64,000 nt of DNA from an uncultured Armatimonadia bacterium (lineage in GTDB: Bacteria; Armatimonadota; Zipacnadia; CAVVLO01). The stretch's first letter is position 1; the number at the start of each line of letters is the position of its first letter. Shown piece after piece: positions 29,647-41,304 of the stretch. The notes under the pieces were generated by a model that did not search any database, was not told where the DNA came from, and worked only from the letters and a program-made list of their open reading frames with translations. The stretch covers positions 288,001-352,000 of the forward strand of contig CAVVLO010000001.1 of assembly GCA_963749155.1 (NCBI GenBank), written 5' to 3'. The position numbers were made by a program, and so were the translations under genes.

Positions 29647-32551
29647 CTACTTAGCCAGGTCGATCAGCACCGAGGCGATGCCGCGCGGAGGCACGGTAAC
29701 GCTGACGGTGTTGCCTTCGGTCGAGGCGGTGCAGTTGTCCACATAACGCTCGAGCAGGTCAACTTCACTGGCGCCCTTCACCTGACCGAGTAGCTCGCTG
29801 ACAACCAGTTTTGCGACGCCGCCCTCGCCCATCGGGTCGAAGACTCGGACGATAAGCGCGTCCTTGCCTTCAGCCTTCTTCACGGCCTGGACGATCAGCT
29901 TGTGGCAGTCGGGTGCTACAAGGCTTGCCTCGGTAGGCAGAGTGCCCTCGTGCAGGGTTGTGCCCATCAGCCGTACTGGATGGTTGAAGGCGATACCGGC
30001 GCGGATGGCCTTCTTGGCTTTCAACGTGCCGGCGAAGGGCCTGAGGGCCATATGGATCTCGTGATGACCGATCTCCGGCAGCGGATCTGGCTCGTAGCTG
30101 CTGCGGATGAGCGTAAGACTGAGCTTGCCATCCTGATATGCGTGGCCGTGCTTGGTGTCATTCAGCAACAGCACGCCGGCTTCGACGTCACCCGACTTGC
30201 CGGCGACCTGGGCCCAGCGCAAGGCTGGGACTTCCTCGCCATATTTCATCGAACGATCGATAGCCCCGAAGGGGATCTCGTAACTCGCCTGCGCCTCGGA
30301 CAGCGCGAGCGGCAAGCGCCAGCCTCAGCACCGGTACGCCGGTAGCCGGCGTGCCGCGCTCGAACCAGGTGCCGTTCAGGTCGAGGTACAGGTTCGGGTC
30401 GCCCTTGCGCACTTCGTAAGTCAGAGTGAATTCCGACTCGTGGATGCGCAGTCTGACATCTACGGACGCCTTGTAGGGGCCGGAGAGCTTGCGGGTGATC
30501 ATCAGCAGCTCGGGCGCTTCCCAGCCGCCGGTGTGGTCTACCAGCCAGGCGGTCATCCCGTGCGGACGCTCCACACCATACTCGAGTGGCAGCGCTGGCT
30601 TGCATGCCGAGATGATGGTCGCTCCGCTGGCCTTCTCCACCAGCGACTTGATGCCGCCGGTCTCGGTGTCGATTTCCAGCCGGATGAACTCGTTCTCCAG
30701 ACCCTCGGGGCTGCGCTCATACATCGAGTAGCCGCAATGGTGGTTGATCCCGAGCTGGCAGAGAGAGGCTTCACTGCCAGGGGCGCCGTGCTCTTCGATT
30801 GAGTAGACCGCGTAGCCCCACTTGCCGACCTTTGCAGGGAAGGCGAGCTTCACGAAGTCATGGCCCCAATAGCTGCCGGTGTCGATGGTCTGGGCGGGCA
30901 GCAGCTCGCCGCCGGGGGTGCGCACCGAGAACTGCATATGGCGCAGTTCGTGATGACGCCAGCTCCAGGCATTGTCCCAAACGGTCGCGACGACGACTTC
31001 ATCGCGCTCTACATCGGTCGGGTTGAACAGGACGAAGGGCCTGTTGCCACTGCCGGCGCTCTGCTCGGCCTGGGACAGCCCGCCATCCTGAGCGCCCATA
31101 CCGACGCCCGAGCCAAGCGAGGTGCGCAGCCTGAAGGAGGGCGAGGCAGGCAGTTCCCACTTGCCGAAGCCACTAGTGTCAATAGCGGCAGCCAGCGCGC
31201 GTAGCGACTGGGTCTCTTCCTGCGAAGTCATCGCCATCGTCTTCTGGAACAGCCCATGCGTGTAGGTGCGGGTGTCATGCACACCGGAGCCTGGCAGGAT
31301 GTCGTGGAAATGGCTGAACAGCGTGTCGCGCCAGCCTTCGATGAACTTGCAGTTGCGGTACTCGAGCCCAAGGGCGCCCCAGGCGGCCGTGGCTGCGAAC
31401 TCTGCATCCTGCAGCCTTGCCTCGGCGAGACGGTTGGCTTTCTTTACCAGCGTCTGCGTGGTGTAGCAGCCGGTGAACTCGAAGTTGAGCTCGCAGTCGA
31501 GGGTAGGCAGAGTAGCCCCGCCCTCGGCCTCCAGCCGCTCGAGGAACGACTTCAGAGTCGCGAACTTGAAGGTCGGGTAGATGGGCCAGGTGTTCATATC
31601 ATAGCCGCGCAGGATGTCCCGCCGCGTCGGCCCGCCGCCGTGGTCGCCCACGCCGTAAACATACAGCCCAAATTTCAGGCCTGTCTCCTGACAGAAGTTG
31701 AACATAATCTGGACTGATCCAGGCGAGATGGCGCCGTTGTAGCCGCATTCCATATCGTTCTTGACCAGCACTCTGGAGCCATCGGGCCCCTGCCACCAGA
31801 AGGCGCGCGGGCGCTTTGGGCCCTCTCCGCCAGGCCGGTGCAGGTAGACGTACTTCACGCCGCCGCGCACGAGGTAAGTCGGCATCGTGTGAGCGTGGCC
31901 GAAGGTATCGGGCGCCCAGTCGACCGGCACGTCCTCGGGCGCCAGGTCGAACAGCTTGGCCATATACTCGCGCGTATAAAGCAGATGGCGGCAGAGGCTC
32001 TCGGCGCTGGCGATATTCTTGTCGCCCTCGACCCAATGGCTGGCGGTGATTTCCCAGCGGCCTTCCTTCACGCGTTGCTTGATCTGCTCGAGCATCGCGG
32101 GGTTGTGTTCCTCGATGATGCGGTACGTGCTGGCCTGGCTCTGGCTGAACACAAAATCGGGATACTCTTCCATCAGCTTGAGCACGGTCGAGAAGCTGTC
32201 ATTGGCGACCGCGACGGTCTCGGGCCACGACCACATCCAGTTCATATCAATGTGCGCGTGCCCAATGCAGTAGACTTCGTAGCTCTTGGCGACCTCGCCT
32301 ACGGGGGCGAGGAGCACCTCGGCCTGGGCGATGGCCTGCTCGAGATCGGCCTGGCAGTTGCCCGCTGCGGCTTCGGTGACCTTCGCGGCAGCCTGGCCGG
32401 CCAGCGCGCGCCACTCCTCAGCCTTTTCGGGGTTAAGCTGCGCGAGCTTCTCGACGAAATCCAGCTCCGAGTTGATGCGCTCGAACAAGGCGTCAACCCG
32501 CTCTTTGCCCTCGGCGAAGGCCTGTCTGAATTGCTCTACTTCGTTTGCCAT
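29647..32551 (-). CDS. GH38 alpha-mannosidase; frameshift near 30315
   Basis: GHAHIDMNWMW, FSQSQA, WAPDTFGH, YGVGDHGGGPT, FHDILPGS; C-terminal YEIPFGAIDR, LTLIRS and VKKAE in the second frame. Confidence 0.95.
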
Positions 32552-32636
32552 TACTTATTCCTCCAGTCTCAGGTCAGCTCCAGGCCGACCTGGTATTTAC
32601 CTTGGTTATTTTGGCGCACTAGCACCGGGGGGCTTA

Positions 32637-32663
32637 TTTCGCAGTCGAAGGGAAGCTCCCTGC
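32637..32663 (-). promoter_or_regulatory. SigmaH-like promoter candidate (GCAGGG-N15-GCGAAA)
   Basis: Intergenic, upstream of the GH38 start. Confidence 0.55.
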
Positions 32664-32680
32664 CGGCCTTCCGGCTCTTT

Positions 32681-33859
32681 TCAAGAAGAAGTAACCCAGA
32701 TTGGACTCGACCAGGCGCGCCTGCCGTCTGCCTGTGTGACGCGCACGTAGTAGTAATCTGTTTTGCGCTCTGCCTGCCAGTCGGTCAAGGTGAACAAGAC
32801 CTGTTCTGCGCTGCCATCCAGATGCTGACAGACATAAGGCTGGCTGTTCTTAAGTAATTCAACCTGGCCCAGAGAGCCTTCACCGACCACTCTCACCCAA
32901 AGGCGTCTGCCAGCCTCCTCTGGAAGGGTGATTTCTTCACCCATTACGGCTCCATCAAGGCGGAAGTCTATCAGAATTCGGGCGCCAGAGGCCGCATAAC
33001 AACGTCTTGTTTTCAAAGCTTCAAAGATTGCCTGGCGAGAAAGCTCCGGTGCCAGCACTGCAACTAGCCCGGGATTGTCATAGCGAAGATTACCTCCCGA
33101 GTGGTGAACAAGACCAGGATGGGGAGAGTGCACGTCCGAGCCACCAAGGCAGCCCATACGCGCCCCGCGCTCCAGCGCCACCTGCCAGTGGCCGCCGCGC
33201 GCCTCTTGAGTGACAGGTTCGGGGTTGCCGAAGTATTCACTGGCGCCCCACTTGCTGTAGACCTCCATCAAAGGGGTCATCAGCTCGAGCGGCAGCGCGT
33301 CGAAGTTGGCCCCCTGCGAAAGCGTTGCCGTGTGGTGAGGCAGCGCGAGGATATCGTCGCGCGCAAGCAGCGCTTCGAGCTCCACGCGGGTTATCTCGCC
33401 CTCCTGGACGCCCCGCACGAGGTCGCCCCGGCCCTCGCGATAGTAGAGACAGAGATTGGCGTAGTAGGGCCAGGAATCTCGCTCATAACCAAGCAGCGTC
33501 ACGAAGGTGCCCGGCTGATGGTACTCGGCGACCTTCTGCTGGGTAAGTTCCCACTTCTCGCCCCACAACTCGGCCCGTCCGACGCCCCCGTGGTCGTGGT
33601 CGGTGACCGCGCAGAAGTCGAGTTTCGCCTCATCTCGAGCTGCAGTGAAGTAGTCGTCGAGGCTCCCCTGCCCGTCCGAAAGACTCGTGTGGCCGTGCAC
33701 CTCGCCCCAGTAGACGTTGAAGTCACGCTCTGGCGGCGACTCCATCTTGCCAATCAGCCGACGTTGCTCGTTGGTGAGGTTAGATCCGCCGTAGACGACC
33801 TGGGTACGCTCGAGGTCGCGCGATTCATGCGTGAAATGCCTGCCAGGTTGCTTCATCAT
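32681..33859 (-). CDS. PHP-fold metallohydrolase (DUF3604/CehA-McbA-like)
   Basis: YWGEVHGHTSLSDG, VTDHD, GYE, LPHH, GGSDVH, YYVRVTQADGRRAWSSPIW. Confidence 0.85.
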   Translation of the reverse strand: MMKQPGRHFTHESRDLERTQVVYGGSNLTNEQRRLIGKMESPPERDFNVYWGEVHGHTSLSDGQGSLDDYFTAARDEAKLDFCAVTDHDHGGVGRAELWGEKWELTQQKVAEYHQPGTFVTLLGYERDSWPYYANLCLYYREGRGDLVRGVQEGEITRVELEALLARDDILALPHHTATLSQGANFDALPLELMTPLMEVYSKWGASEYFGNPEPVTQEARGGHWQVALERGARMGCLGGSDVHSPHPGLVHHSGGNLRYDNPGLVAVLAPELSRQAIFEALKTRRCYAASGARILIDFRLDGAVMGEEITLPEEAGRRLWVRVVGEGSLGQVELLKNSQPYVCQHLDGSAEQVLFTLTDWQAERKTDYYYVRVTQADGRRAWSSPIWVTSS

Positions 33860-33948
33860 CAGTCCTCTACTTCATATATTTGTCCCTGGTCGAAGCCCAG
33901 GTCTTTGCCTCAGGCAACTGAGGCCCAACGTCCGGATGACCGCGCTCA

Positions 33949-36114
33949 CTATTTCACGTCCTGGCGGAAGGGGAAAGTCGGTAATAATCCGGCTCGACTC
34001 GGATCTACCGAGTGGATGCCTAAGGCAAAGGCGGGTGAGTCAGGTCTCAGTCGGTAGTCCATCGTTTGCCTGTTAACGAAGAGTGGATCTGCGAACCCTG
34101 TATGTGCGTCATACTTGCCGCCGGCGCGCGCCCGCCAGGCTTCCCAATCCTCGGCGACCCAATCTACTACGACCTTATACCAATCGTGAGAGTTGTAGAA
34201 GAGGTTGTAGTCACTTTCGGCAAGCATATCCTCAGCCCAGGGCCAAAAGGCATACAGCCAGGCCGCTCCTTCATCGTGGATGATATTGTGAGACAGATTT
34301 ATGTTGCGGATGCGCTCGTCCTCGGCGCCTGGGGGCGACTCGGCGGCACCGGTGGTGCCGGCCGAGATGACATAAAAATGTTGCGCCGCGCTATTGTCTA
34401 CCGACACGTTGTTAAGGAAGGTGTTGTCCATCCCCTTTATCATATAGGGATAGCCGTTTTTGGTGCCGCGCAGGCGCGCCACGACGTTATCCTCCACCGT
34501 GAAGCCCGCCGAGGCATCGTCCAGATATATGCCTGCCAGGTAGGCGTCATCGCGGAACGCCTTGAGGTGGTGGATGAAGTTGCCACGGATGACCATCTCA
34601 TCGCCCACGCCCCAGGAGTAGAACGCCCCGCCATCGCTGCTATCCGCCATCACATTGCGGCACTCGTTGTAGAGTAGCTTGTTATGGCGAGTGAAGATGA
34701 AGTCCAGGCGGTTCTCGAAGTTGATCTTGTGCCCCCAGGCCTCCCCGCCCAGGCCTCCATGCTCCCTGGGCAGCTGCATCAGGTTGTAGGTGCCGCCGAC
34801 CTGGTTTACCGCATGGCGCGGCATGGCCTCGAACAGGCAGTGTTCTATGACTGTGTCGCCTGTGTGGGCAAGCCATATACCCGAGCCCTGCCCCACGCGT
34901 TGCCCGCAGTGGCCGAAGTAGCAGTTGGAGATATGCACGAACTTGCTGATGTAGGCCTCTTCGGGCCCCGCAAAGTCACCCAGCCCTGCCGGCCAGCCAG
35001 CAAAGCTGGCTCCACAGAAACCTGCCCCGCTGAGCCAGCAGTCGGTCAGGGAGATATCCTCGTTGGCCAGACTCCCCATCAGGCAGTCTTCGCCCGCATT
35101 TCTCAGCCGGCAGGCGCGGAAGTTGATAGCCCGGGTATTATTCAGGAAGACCATCCCGTCAGACCAATGCTTGTCCGGCGACAACACTTTGGTGGAGTCG
35201 CTGATTGAGAAATCGATATTCTCGAAGGTCAGGTCATGGGCGCGTTGGGTCCTTGAGGAGCCCTGCAGTTCGAGTAGCCGCTCCACCTTTGGTGCGATGA
35301 TGAGCTGGCGTTCGATGGGCAGCTTTCGAGGCCAGTAGTAGAGCCACCCCTCCGTCTCATCCAGCCAGAACTCTCCTGGCGCATCGAGGAAGGCCCTCGC
35401 ACCTGAAACGAAGTAGCGGTTTTCCTCGGCCAGGTACCAGAAGGTACCCGAGTCAAGCCTGAGTGTGCGAGTCTCCTTATCGACACCGGCAAGGGGCGAG
35501 AGGGTAGTATACCAATCGTAGTTGACGCCGAAGTCGTGCCTGCCAGCCCACACTGTCACGAAAGCGCCCTGGGCCTCGAACTCCGGTAGCTCGCCCGGCT
35601 TCCAGCGTAGCCAGCCGGTATTGCCCTGAGTCTCGGCGTCCTCGGCGTGCAGGTAGCCACTGTTTGGATGCCTTGCCAGTGTGGCCCATTGCCCGTTCTC
35701 GAACAAGGCCGAGAACCGCCAGTCGCCACCCACCTGGGCGCGGAAGACATGTTCGTCCACCGGCTGCCAACCTGTTACGGGTGTCCCGCCCACCAACTCG
35801 GCGCGCTCTCCAGGGAAACTTTTCCAGGTGATTAGCTGGCCTGGCTTTCCACAGTCCTCGTCCCTCAGGCGCAGTGTCTGGTCCAGATAGTAGGTGCCAC
35901 CCCGCAGCACAACCTCGAGCGGTCCTTCCTCGCCTCTGGCCAGTGCCTGACGCAGGCGTGAAGCTGCCTCCTGGACCTGCTTTACAGGTCGCTCAAGCGT
36001 TCCCGGCGCCGCGTCGTCGCCCGTCGGCGCAACGTAGCAGACCGGCCTGGCCAGGACGACCGAGGCGCACAGCAAGGCCACGGCTCCAGTGAATGCCAGC
36101 AAGCTCCCCCTCAT
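33949..36114 (-). CDS. Secreted right-handed parallel beta-helix protein (GH141-like)
   Basis: YVAPTGDDAAPGT, LRGGTYYL, LARHPN, LDAPGEFWLD, DGGAFY, GIYLDD, ADPLF..DYRLRPDSPA. Confidence 0.85.
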   Translation of the reverse strand: MRGSLLAFTGAVALLCASVVLARPVCYVAPTGDDAAPGTLERPVKQVQEAASRLRQALARGEEGPLEVVLRGGTYYLDQTLRLRDEDCGKPGQLITWKSFPGERAELVGGTPVTGWQPVDEHVFRAQVGGDWRFSALFENGQWATLARHPNSGYLHAEDAETQGNTGWLRWKPGELPEFEAQGAFVTVWAGRHDFGVNYDWYTTLSPLAGVDKETRTLRLDSGTFWYLAEENRYFVSGARAFLDAPGEFWLDETEGWLYYWPRKLPIERQLIIAPKVERLLELQGSSRTQRAHDLTFENIDFSISDSTKVLSPDKHWSDGMVFLNNTRAINFRACRLRNAGEDCLMGSLANEDISLTDCWLSGAGFCGASFAGWPAGLGDFAGPEEAYISKFVHISNCYFGHCGQRVGQGSGIWLAHTGDTVIEHCLFEAMPRHAVNQVGGTYNLMQLPREHGGLGGEAWGHKINFENRLDFIFTRHNKLLYNECRNVMADSSDGGAFYSWGVGDEMVIRGNFIHHLKAFRDDAYLAGIYLDDASAGFTVEDNVVARLRGTKNGYPYMIKGMDNTFLNNVSVDNSAAQHFYVISAGTTGAAESPPGAEDERIRNINLSHNIIHDEGAAWLYAFWPWAEDMLAESDYNLFYNSHDWYKVVVDWVAEDWEAWRARAGGKYDAHTGFADPLFVNRQTMDYRLRPDSPAFALGIHSVDPSRAGLLPTFPFRQDVK

Positions 36115-36206
36115 CACGCAGCCCTCCTTTATGGATTCCAAACACTTTGGAATCTCTCCCACTCAGCGATGCCCAACGGCATCGCGAGCTAGCTACCGGT
36201 TGAGGT

Positions 36207-39095
36207 TTACTCGAAGGGATCCTCCACATCGGCTGAGAGAAGTCGCGCAAGCCCCCAGACCGAGTGGTCGCACGAGTAACCATCGCCTCCATTCAGCACT
36301 CGCAGAGTCAACTTGCGGGCTCCGGTCACGGCGACCTTCAACCTTTGAATCTGGCCCTGATTCAGCACCGGCGTTTCTACGACCAGCTTGTCGTCCAGTA
36401 GCACCTGGAACTGGACCGTGCCGTTGGCGGTACCCTGATCGACGCCCACGTTGGCGGCGAACCAGGCGGCGTTCAGCCCTGAGAGGTCCCAGACTATATC
36501 GGCAGGAGTAGCGTCGGGGAAGGCATGCGTCCACAGCCCGCGCGGCTGAGGCTCGCCCGCCACGTTTAGCTGGGCGCTGGAGTAGCTCTTGTCGCGGAAG
36601 GGCCCAACGCCTGAGCCGGCCTCGGCCTTCTCCCAGGGCAGATCGGAGAGGAAGACGACCCCCGCCGGCAGGTCAAGAGGTGGAGTGGTGAACTGTTTCG
36701 ATCCGCCCTCATTCCAGCGCTTGCCACCCCAGGAACGCGCCTCGACCCCCCAGTAAAGCTGCTTGCCGGCAGGCAGCGTGACCACTTCCATCGCGGGAGT
36801 GTAGCTTGTTACATCGGCAACAGGCTCGGAAAGGTCCTCCTGGGTAGAAACGAGCACGCGCCAGCTCTGAGCCTCAGGTGCCCGCTGCCACACGAAGCGC
36901 GCGTTTGCAAAATATTGGTCGCTGTTGGTGACTGCCTCGCCCAGAGTAAACCGCTCCGGAGGAGCCAGCCCCTCGGGCAGGGGGAGGGCTTCGTCCTGCA
37001 CATAGACCAGTTCGGACTGGTAATAGCCTGAAAGGGCAAAGGTCAGTCCCTTTTCCATCAGCTGCTTGCCCTTGAGCCGCGCCGGAGGCAGGTTGCCGTC
37101 CTCGCACCACACGTGGTAATTACGGTCCGGCGCCAGGCCCTTCAGCAGCACGGTGCAGGTCGGCTCCTCCGACTTCGGCTTGAAGACGAACAGCAGGCCC
37201 CGCTTGAGCGGTTCGCTGAAGAAGAAAAGCGCGTCCCAGTGCACTCCGTCCGGCCGGGGCAGCACATGATGCACCCGGCAATCTTGCAATACCGGTCGCA
37301 CCGACTTTTTGTATAGGTCCACCGAGTGTTTGAAACTTGCCGCAAGACCCGGCGAGTAGCTCGCCGAGTTGATGGGCGCCGCCTGCCAGGAGGCCATCAT
37401 CGCGCTGCGCCAGAAGTACGGCCCTGGCTCATCCTCCTCTCCCATGCGCCAGTCCTGGGTATAAACCTGCAGCATCGTGGGCGGGAAGGCATAGGTACTG
37501 TCGTAGAGGCTGCAGCGGTTGGGCAGCGCCGACAGCCAGTCGGTGGAGGTGCAGTAGTGGCTGCGCGCCATCGCGCCGAAATCTTTGATATGGCCCGCGC
37601 CCGAGCAGTTCTCCAGTACCAGCCAGGGGAAGGTTTGCTTCAGGTGTTCCATCACCTGGTAATAACCGAGCGTGGCCCAATAGCTCACATCCACCCCATA
37701 ATGGTGCCTGTGGGTGGTCTTGTTGCAGGTCGTCACAATAGGCGTGATGTCGTGCTTGTAGTAGTCGAGGTGGCTCTCTTCGACTGTCCTATCCACTGTG
37801 GCAAGGACCCACTCCTTTGCTGGCTCGCAGGCCAGGCAAAGCAGACCGCCGTAAAAGGGCCCTGGCTGCCAGTCCGGGGGATAATCGGCATTCAGCCACT
37901 CAGCGTTGCGCCGGACACTCAGCGCCTGCGGGTCCTCCGAGAGCCCCGCGTTGGTCCAGGCATGCCAGAGGCCCATCTTCATCCCCTGCTCGTGCACCCA
38001 ACTGGTAATCGGGTCGGGGCCCTCGGGGAAGCGCTTCGGATCCCAGCGCCAGTCGCCCACATGCGGAAACCACATCGCGTCAGGGATAAACACCTCGAAG
38101 CCCGCCTTCGCCGCGTTGCGCGCGCTTGCGAGGACGCCCTCCGTGGTCGCGGCGGAGTAGCCTGGCGGATTCTGGGGGCCTGCGTCAAAGTAGCAGTTCC
38201 ACGCCAAAACCGGATCCTGCAGCCAGGCAGGCGATTCGGCGCGCAGGTGCTTCATCAGGAAGCGTCCCAGCCGGTAACTGCCTTCTTCTACATCGCCCTG
38301 ATGGCAGCCAACGAAGGCCGGCGGCACGAGGAAGGTCTCCCCGGCATATACATCGGTGCGGAAGTCGGGCATCAGCCCCACTCGGACAGTCAACTCTTCC
38401 GCAGTCTGGCCAGCGGAGGCCTCGACTCGCCCGATGGCGGAGAACTCCCAGCCCACATATAGCCCCTGTTTGTTCCCGGCCTGCACCGCCAGCCAGGGCA
38501 CGGGGGCATTGCTGCGTTCGGGATGGCTGACGAGTTCGAGGTCGAGGTCGCTTTCCACTGGCTGACAGACGGTCGCTCCGTCAACCCTTGAGTCTTGCGC
38601 GCCCCTGCGGATCCACCACAGGTCGGTCGGGCCGGCAAGCTTCAGGCCCTCGAGACTGAGGCTGTCCTGGTGCCCGACGCAGAAGGTGGTGGGTGAGTTA
38701 TTAACCAGCTCCATCCAGTGCTGGACAGGCCCAGGTCCCTCGAAGGCGCGCCAGCACGAGCGTAGCGTTAGTTCGGGCTTTGCGCACTCGAAGCTCAGCA
38801 CGAGGGTCTGCTCATCGCGCTGCTCTGCGCTGGCAAACCGCCAGTCCAGCACAACTGGGGCGCCCTCGACCCAGCCTTGCTCTGGCAAGGGTAGCCTCAG
38901 GCCAGCTTCAGCCCAGTTGTAGCCGACCTTGGGGCACTCTAGCTGCTCCATAATCAGCTCATCGGCGACAATTGAGAGGCGCACTCGCGTGTCCTCGGTC
39001 AACAGCTTCCACGGCCCGGCGTGTTTGTCGGCCCCCAGCGCGCGCGCTGACAGCAATACCAGAAGAAGCAGCGGGACCAATAGTTCGCCTCTCAT
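36207..39095 (-). CDS. Secreted GH36/clan GH-D alpha-galactosidase-like enzyme with FN3-like and NPCBM/NEW2 domains
   Basis: WNCYF, IPDAMWF..GDW...RFPEG, MGLW, DYYKHD nucleophile, LENCSG, TSTD; C-terminal FLSDLPW..VGVD..CDHSVWG. Confidence 0.85.
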   Translation of the reverse strand: MRGELLVPLLLLVLLSARALGADKHAGPWKLLTEDTRVRLSIVADELIMEQLECPKVGYNWAEAGLRLPLPEQGWVEGAPVVLDWRFASAEQRDEQTLVLSFECAKPELTLRSCWRAFEGPGPVQHWMELVNNSPTTFCVGHQDSLSLEGLKLAGPTDLWWIRRGAQDSRVDGATVCQPVESDLDLELVSHPERSNAPVPWLAVQAGNKQGLYVGWEFSAIGRVEASAGQTAEELTVRVGLMPDFRTDVYAGETFLVPPAFVGCHQGDVEEGSYRLGRFLMKHLRAESPAWLQDPVLAWNCYFDAGPQNPPGYSAATTEGVLASARNAAKAGFEVFIPDAMWFPHVGDWRWDPKRFPEGPDPITSWVHEQGMKMGLWHAWTNAGLSEDPQALSVRRNAEWLNADYPPDWQPGPFYGGLLCLACEPAKEWVLATVDRTVEESHLDYYKHDITPIVTTCNKTTHRHHYGVDVSYWATLGYYQVMEHLKQTFPWLVLENCSGAGHIKDFGAMARSHYCTSTDWLSALPNRCSLYDSTYAFPPTMLQVYTQDWRMGEEDEPGPYFWRSAMMASWQAAPINSASYSPGLAASFKHSVDLYKKSVRPVLQDCRVHHVLPRPDGVHWDALFFFSEPLKRGLLFVFKPKSEEPTCTVLLKGLAPDRNYHVWCEDGNLPPARLKGKQLMEKGLTFALSGYYQSELVYVQDEALPLPEGLAPPERFTLGEAVTNSDQYFANARFVWQRAPEAQSWRVLVSTQEDLSEPVADVTSYTPAMEVVTLPAGKQLYWGVEARSWGGKRWNEGGSKQFTTPPLDLPAGVVFLSDLPWEKAEAGSGVGPFRDKSYSSAQLNVAGEPQPRGLWTHAFPDATPADIVWDLSGLNAAWFAANVGVDQGTANGTVQFQVLLDDKLVVETPVLNQGQIQRLKVAVTGARKLTLRVLNGGDGYSCDHSVWGLARLLSADVEDPFE

Positions 39096-39218
39096 AAGGA
39101 ACCTCCAACTAGCTTAAGCTACCCAGCTACCTTCGCCTTCAGGCTGCCGGCTCCTATGCAGGTATGTTGTGGCAGTCGGCTAATTCTCACCGCGGTATCA
39201 GGACAGGAGGCGAGGCAG

Positions 39219-41304
39219 ATGAGCAAGCTGCCCTTCGAGGCTGCACTTGGCAGATATCCCTATGGCACCGAGTATTATCGCGCGCCGACGCCCCGGCCCG
39301 AGGAATGGGCTGGCGATCTGGCGGAGCTTGGCAGACTGGGTTATACCCATGTGCAGTTCCACACTCAGTGGATCTGGCATGAACGGCTGCGCGGGCAATT
39401 CGTCTGGGACGACCTGGACCAGCTCTTCGACCTGTCACACCAGAATGGGCTGAAGGTCATCCTCAAGCCGATGCTGGAGTGCGCCCCCGACTGGGTTTAC
39501 AACGAGCTGGAGGGCCATCGGGTTGACCTGCAGGGCAACCACATCGGCCCCTGGGCGCATGGCTGCGCCTACGTGGGCGGCTGGCTGCCTTGTTTCGATA
39601 ATCCTGCCGTTGCCGAGGCCGGCGCCAACTGGACGCGAGCCCTGGTCAATCGTTACGCCAACCATCCTGCGATGTGGATTTACAACGCCTGGAACGAGCC
39701 GCGCAGTCGGCCCCTCGGCCAGTGCGCGTGCCGGCACTCGCAGGAGCTTTATCGAGAGTGGCTGAGGCAGCGTTTCGTTACCATCGAAGCCCTGAACGAT
39801 TTCTACGGTAAAGCCTGGCAGAGTTTCGAGACCATCACGCCGCCGACCGCGCCCTGGGACTATGCCCAGATGCACCTGTGGCGGACCTGGGCGACTGATC
39901 GCGTCGCCGCGCATGTCAGGCTGGTCTACGACGCCATCAAGACCGCCGATCCCAAGGCCTTCGTGATGACCCATGTGGGGATGTGTTCGGTCTTCCAGGA
40001 CGCCGCCTGCGATGCCTCTGACGATCTCCTCAACGCCGCGCAGGTGGACCGGTATGGCACCTCCTTTCCCGTGAGCCTTGCGCCCGCCTCGCCAAGCGGC
40101 TTTGCTTGCGCGGATCTGGTCTCCGACTGGCTGCGCCGAGTAGACCCGCATTACTGGTGCCAGGAGATCTATGCCAACCACGGCGAATGGAGCCGTCCCC
40201 CGGTGCCTGCCGCGATGCGTCGTATGCTCTGGCAAGCCGTCGCTGGCGGGGCAATCGGCATTACTTTCTGGCAATGGCGTTCTGAACGCGCCGGCAATGA
40301 GACCAACGGTTATGGAGTGAGGAACGTAGATGGCTCCCAGACCGAGCGAGGCGAGGTTGTGGACTCGGTGGCGGCTATCTTGCGCGACCGGGGAGAGGCC
40401 CTGATCGGTACCGAGCGGCCCCAAAGCCCCATCGCGTTGCTGTACAACCGCCCTTCCGACCTGCTTTCGCGCGTCCTGACGCTGAGGCTGACCGATGTCC
40501 AGCAGTCGGGCAATCTGGAAGCGGGCAGCGTTGACTACCCCTACAAGCGCGCTCTGCACGCGGCCCATGCGCTGTGGCATGCCCTGGGCTACACGGTGGA
40601 GTTCGTCGTGCCGGGCGATGACCTTTCAGGTGTTAAGCTGCTGCACGTCACCTGTGATGAACTCATCAACGCCGAGACTGCCGACTGGCTGCGCGCCTTC
40701 GTCCAGGGCGGCGGCAAGCTGCTGGTAGAGTTCCCCTTCGCCTCCAGGGACGAGAACACCTGGGTGGCGCCAAACGCGCCCGGCCCAAGGGCTGGCCGAC
40801 CTGCTCGGTTGCGCTGAACAGGAGCGCGTCGTCACCGGCGGGCAGGACTCGGTTACCTTCCCATCTGGCACCCGGCTGGTGGCCTCGGACTGGCGTATAG
40901 ACCTCGTGCCGCGCGGGGGAGAAGTGCTTGCTCAGTGGGACGAGGGCAAGCCGGCGGCGGTGAGGCATAGCTACGGCGCAGGCGAGGTCGTCAGTCTCGG
41001 CCTTAACCTCAGCCTCGCCTTCCGCGACAGCTTCAGCGACGGGGCGCTTGCGGTGTTTGGCCAACTTGTGCGCGAACTGCTGCCCGACGTCCAGCCGGAA
41101 GGCCAACCTGACCTTTGGGTGCGCCGCCGCGTTAGCGAGGCGCGCGAGGTGTGGTTCGTCTTCAATCTGGCTGATACGGAGCGCGTCCTGACCTTGCCCG
41201 CCCAGCCGACCGCCATCTGGGACGGCGAGGGCTGCTGCCTCTCCGGCCTTGAGTTGCGCCTTCCAGCCAAAGCCACCTGGGTTGCCGAGCTTCCAAAAGT
41301 CTAG
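39219..41304 (+). CDS. GH42-like beta-galactosidase; frameshift near 40780
   Basis: GTEYYR.P, WDDLD, CAPDW, CFDNP, WNEP, WLRQRFVTIEALN, CQE, FWQWR; trimerisation domain continues in ORF 40879-41304. Confidence 0.85.

Noticed and set aside
30188..30345. Programmed ribosomal frameshift or natural gene fission (GH38 and the other split genes)
   Set aside because: No shared slippery heptamer or stimulatory structure; breaks are scattered across unrelated genes.
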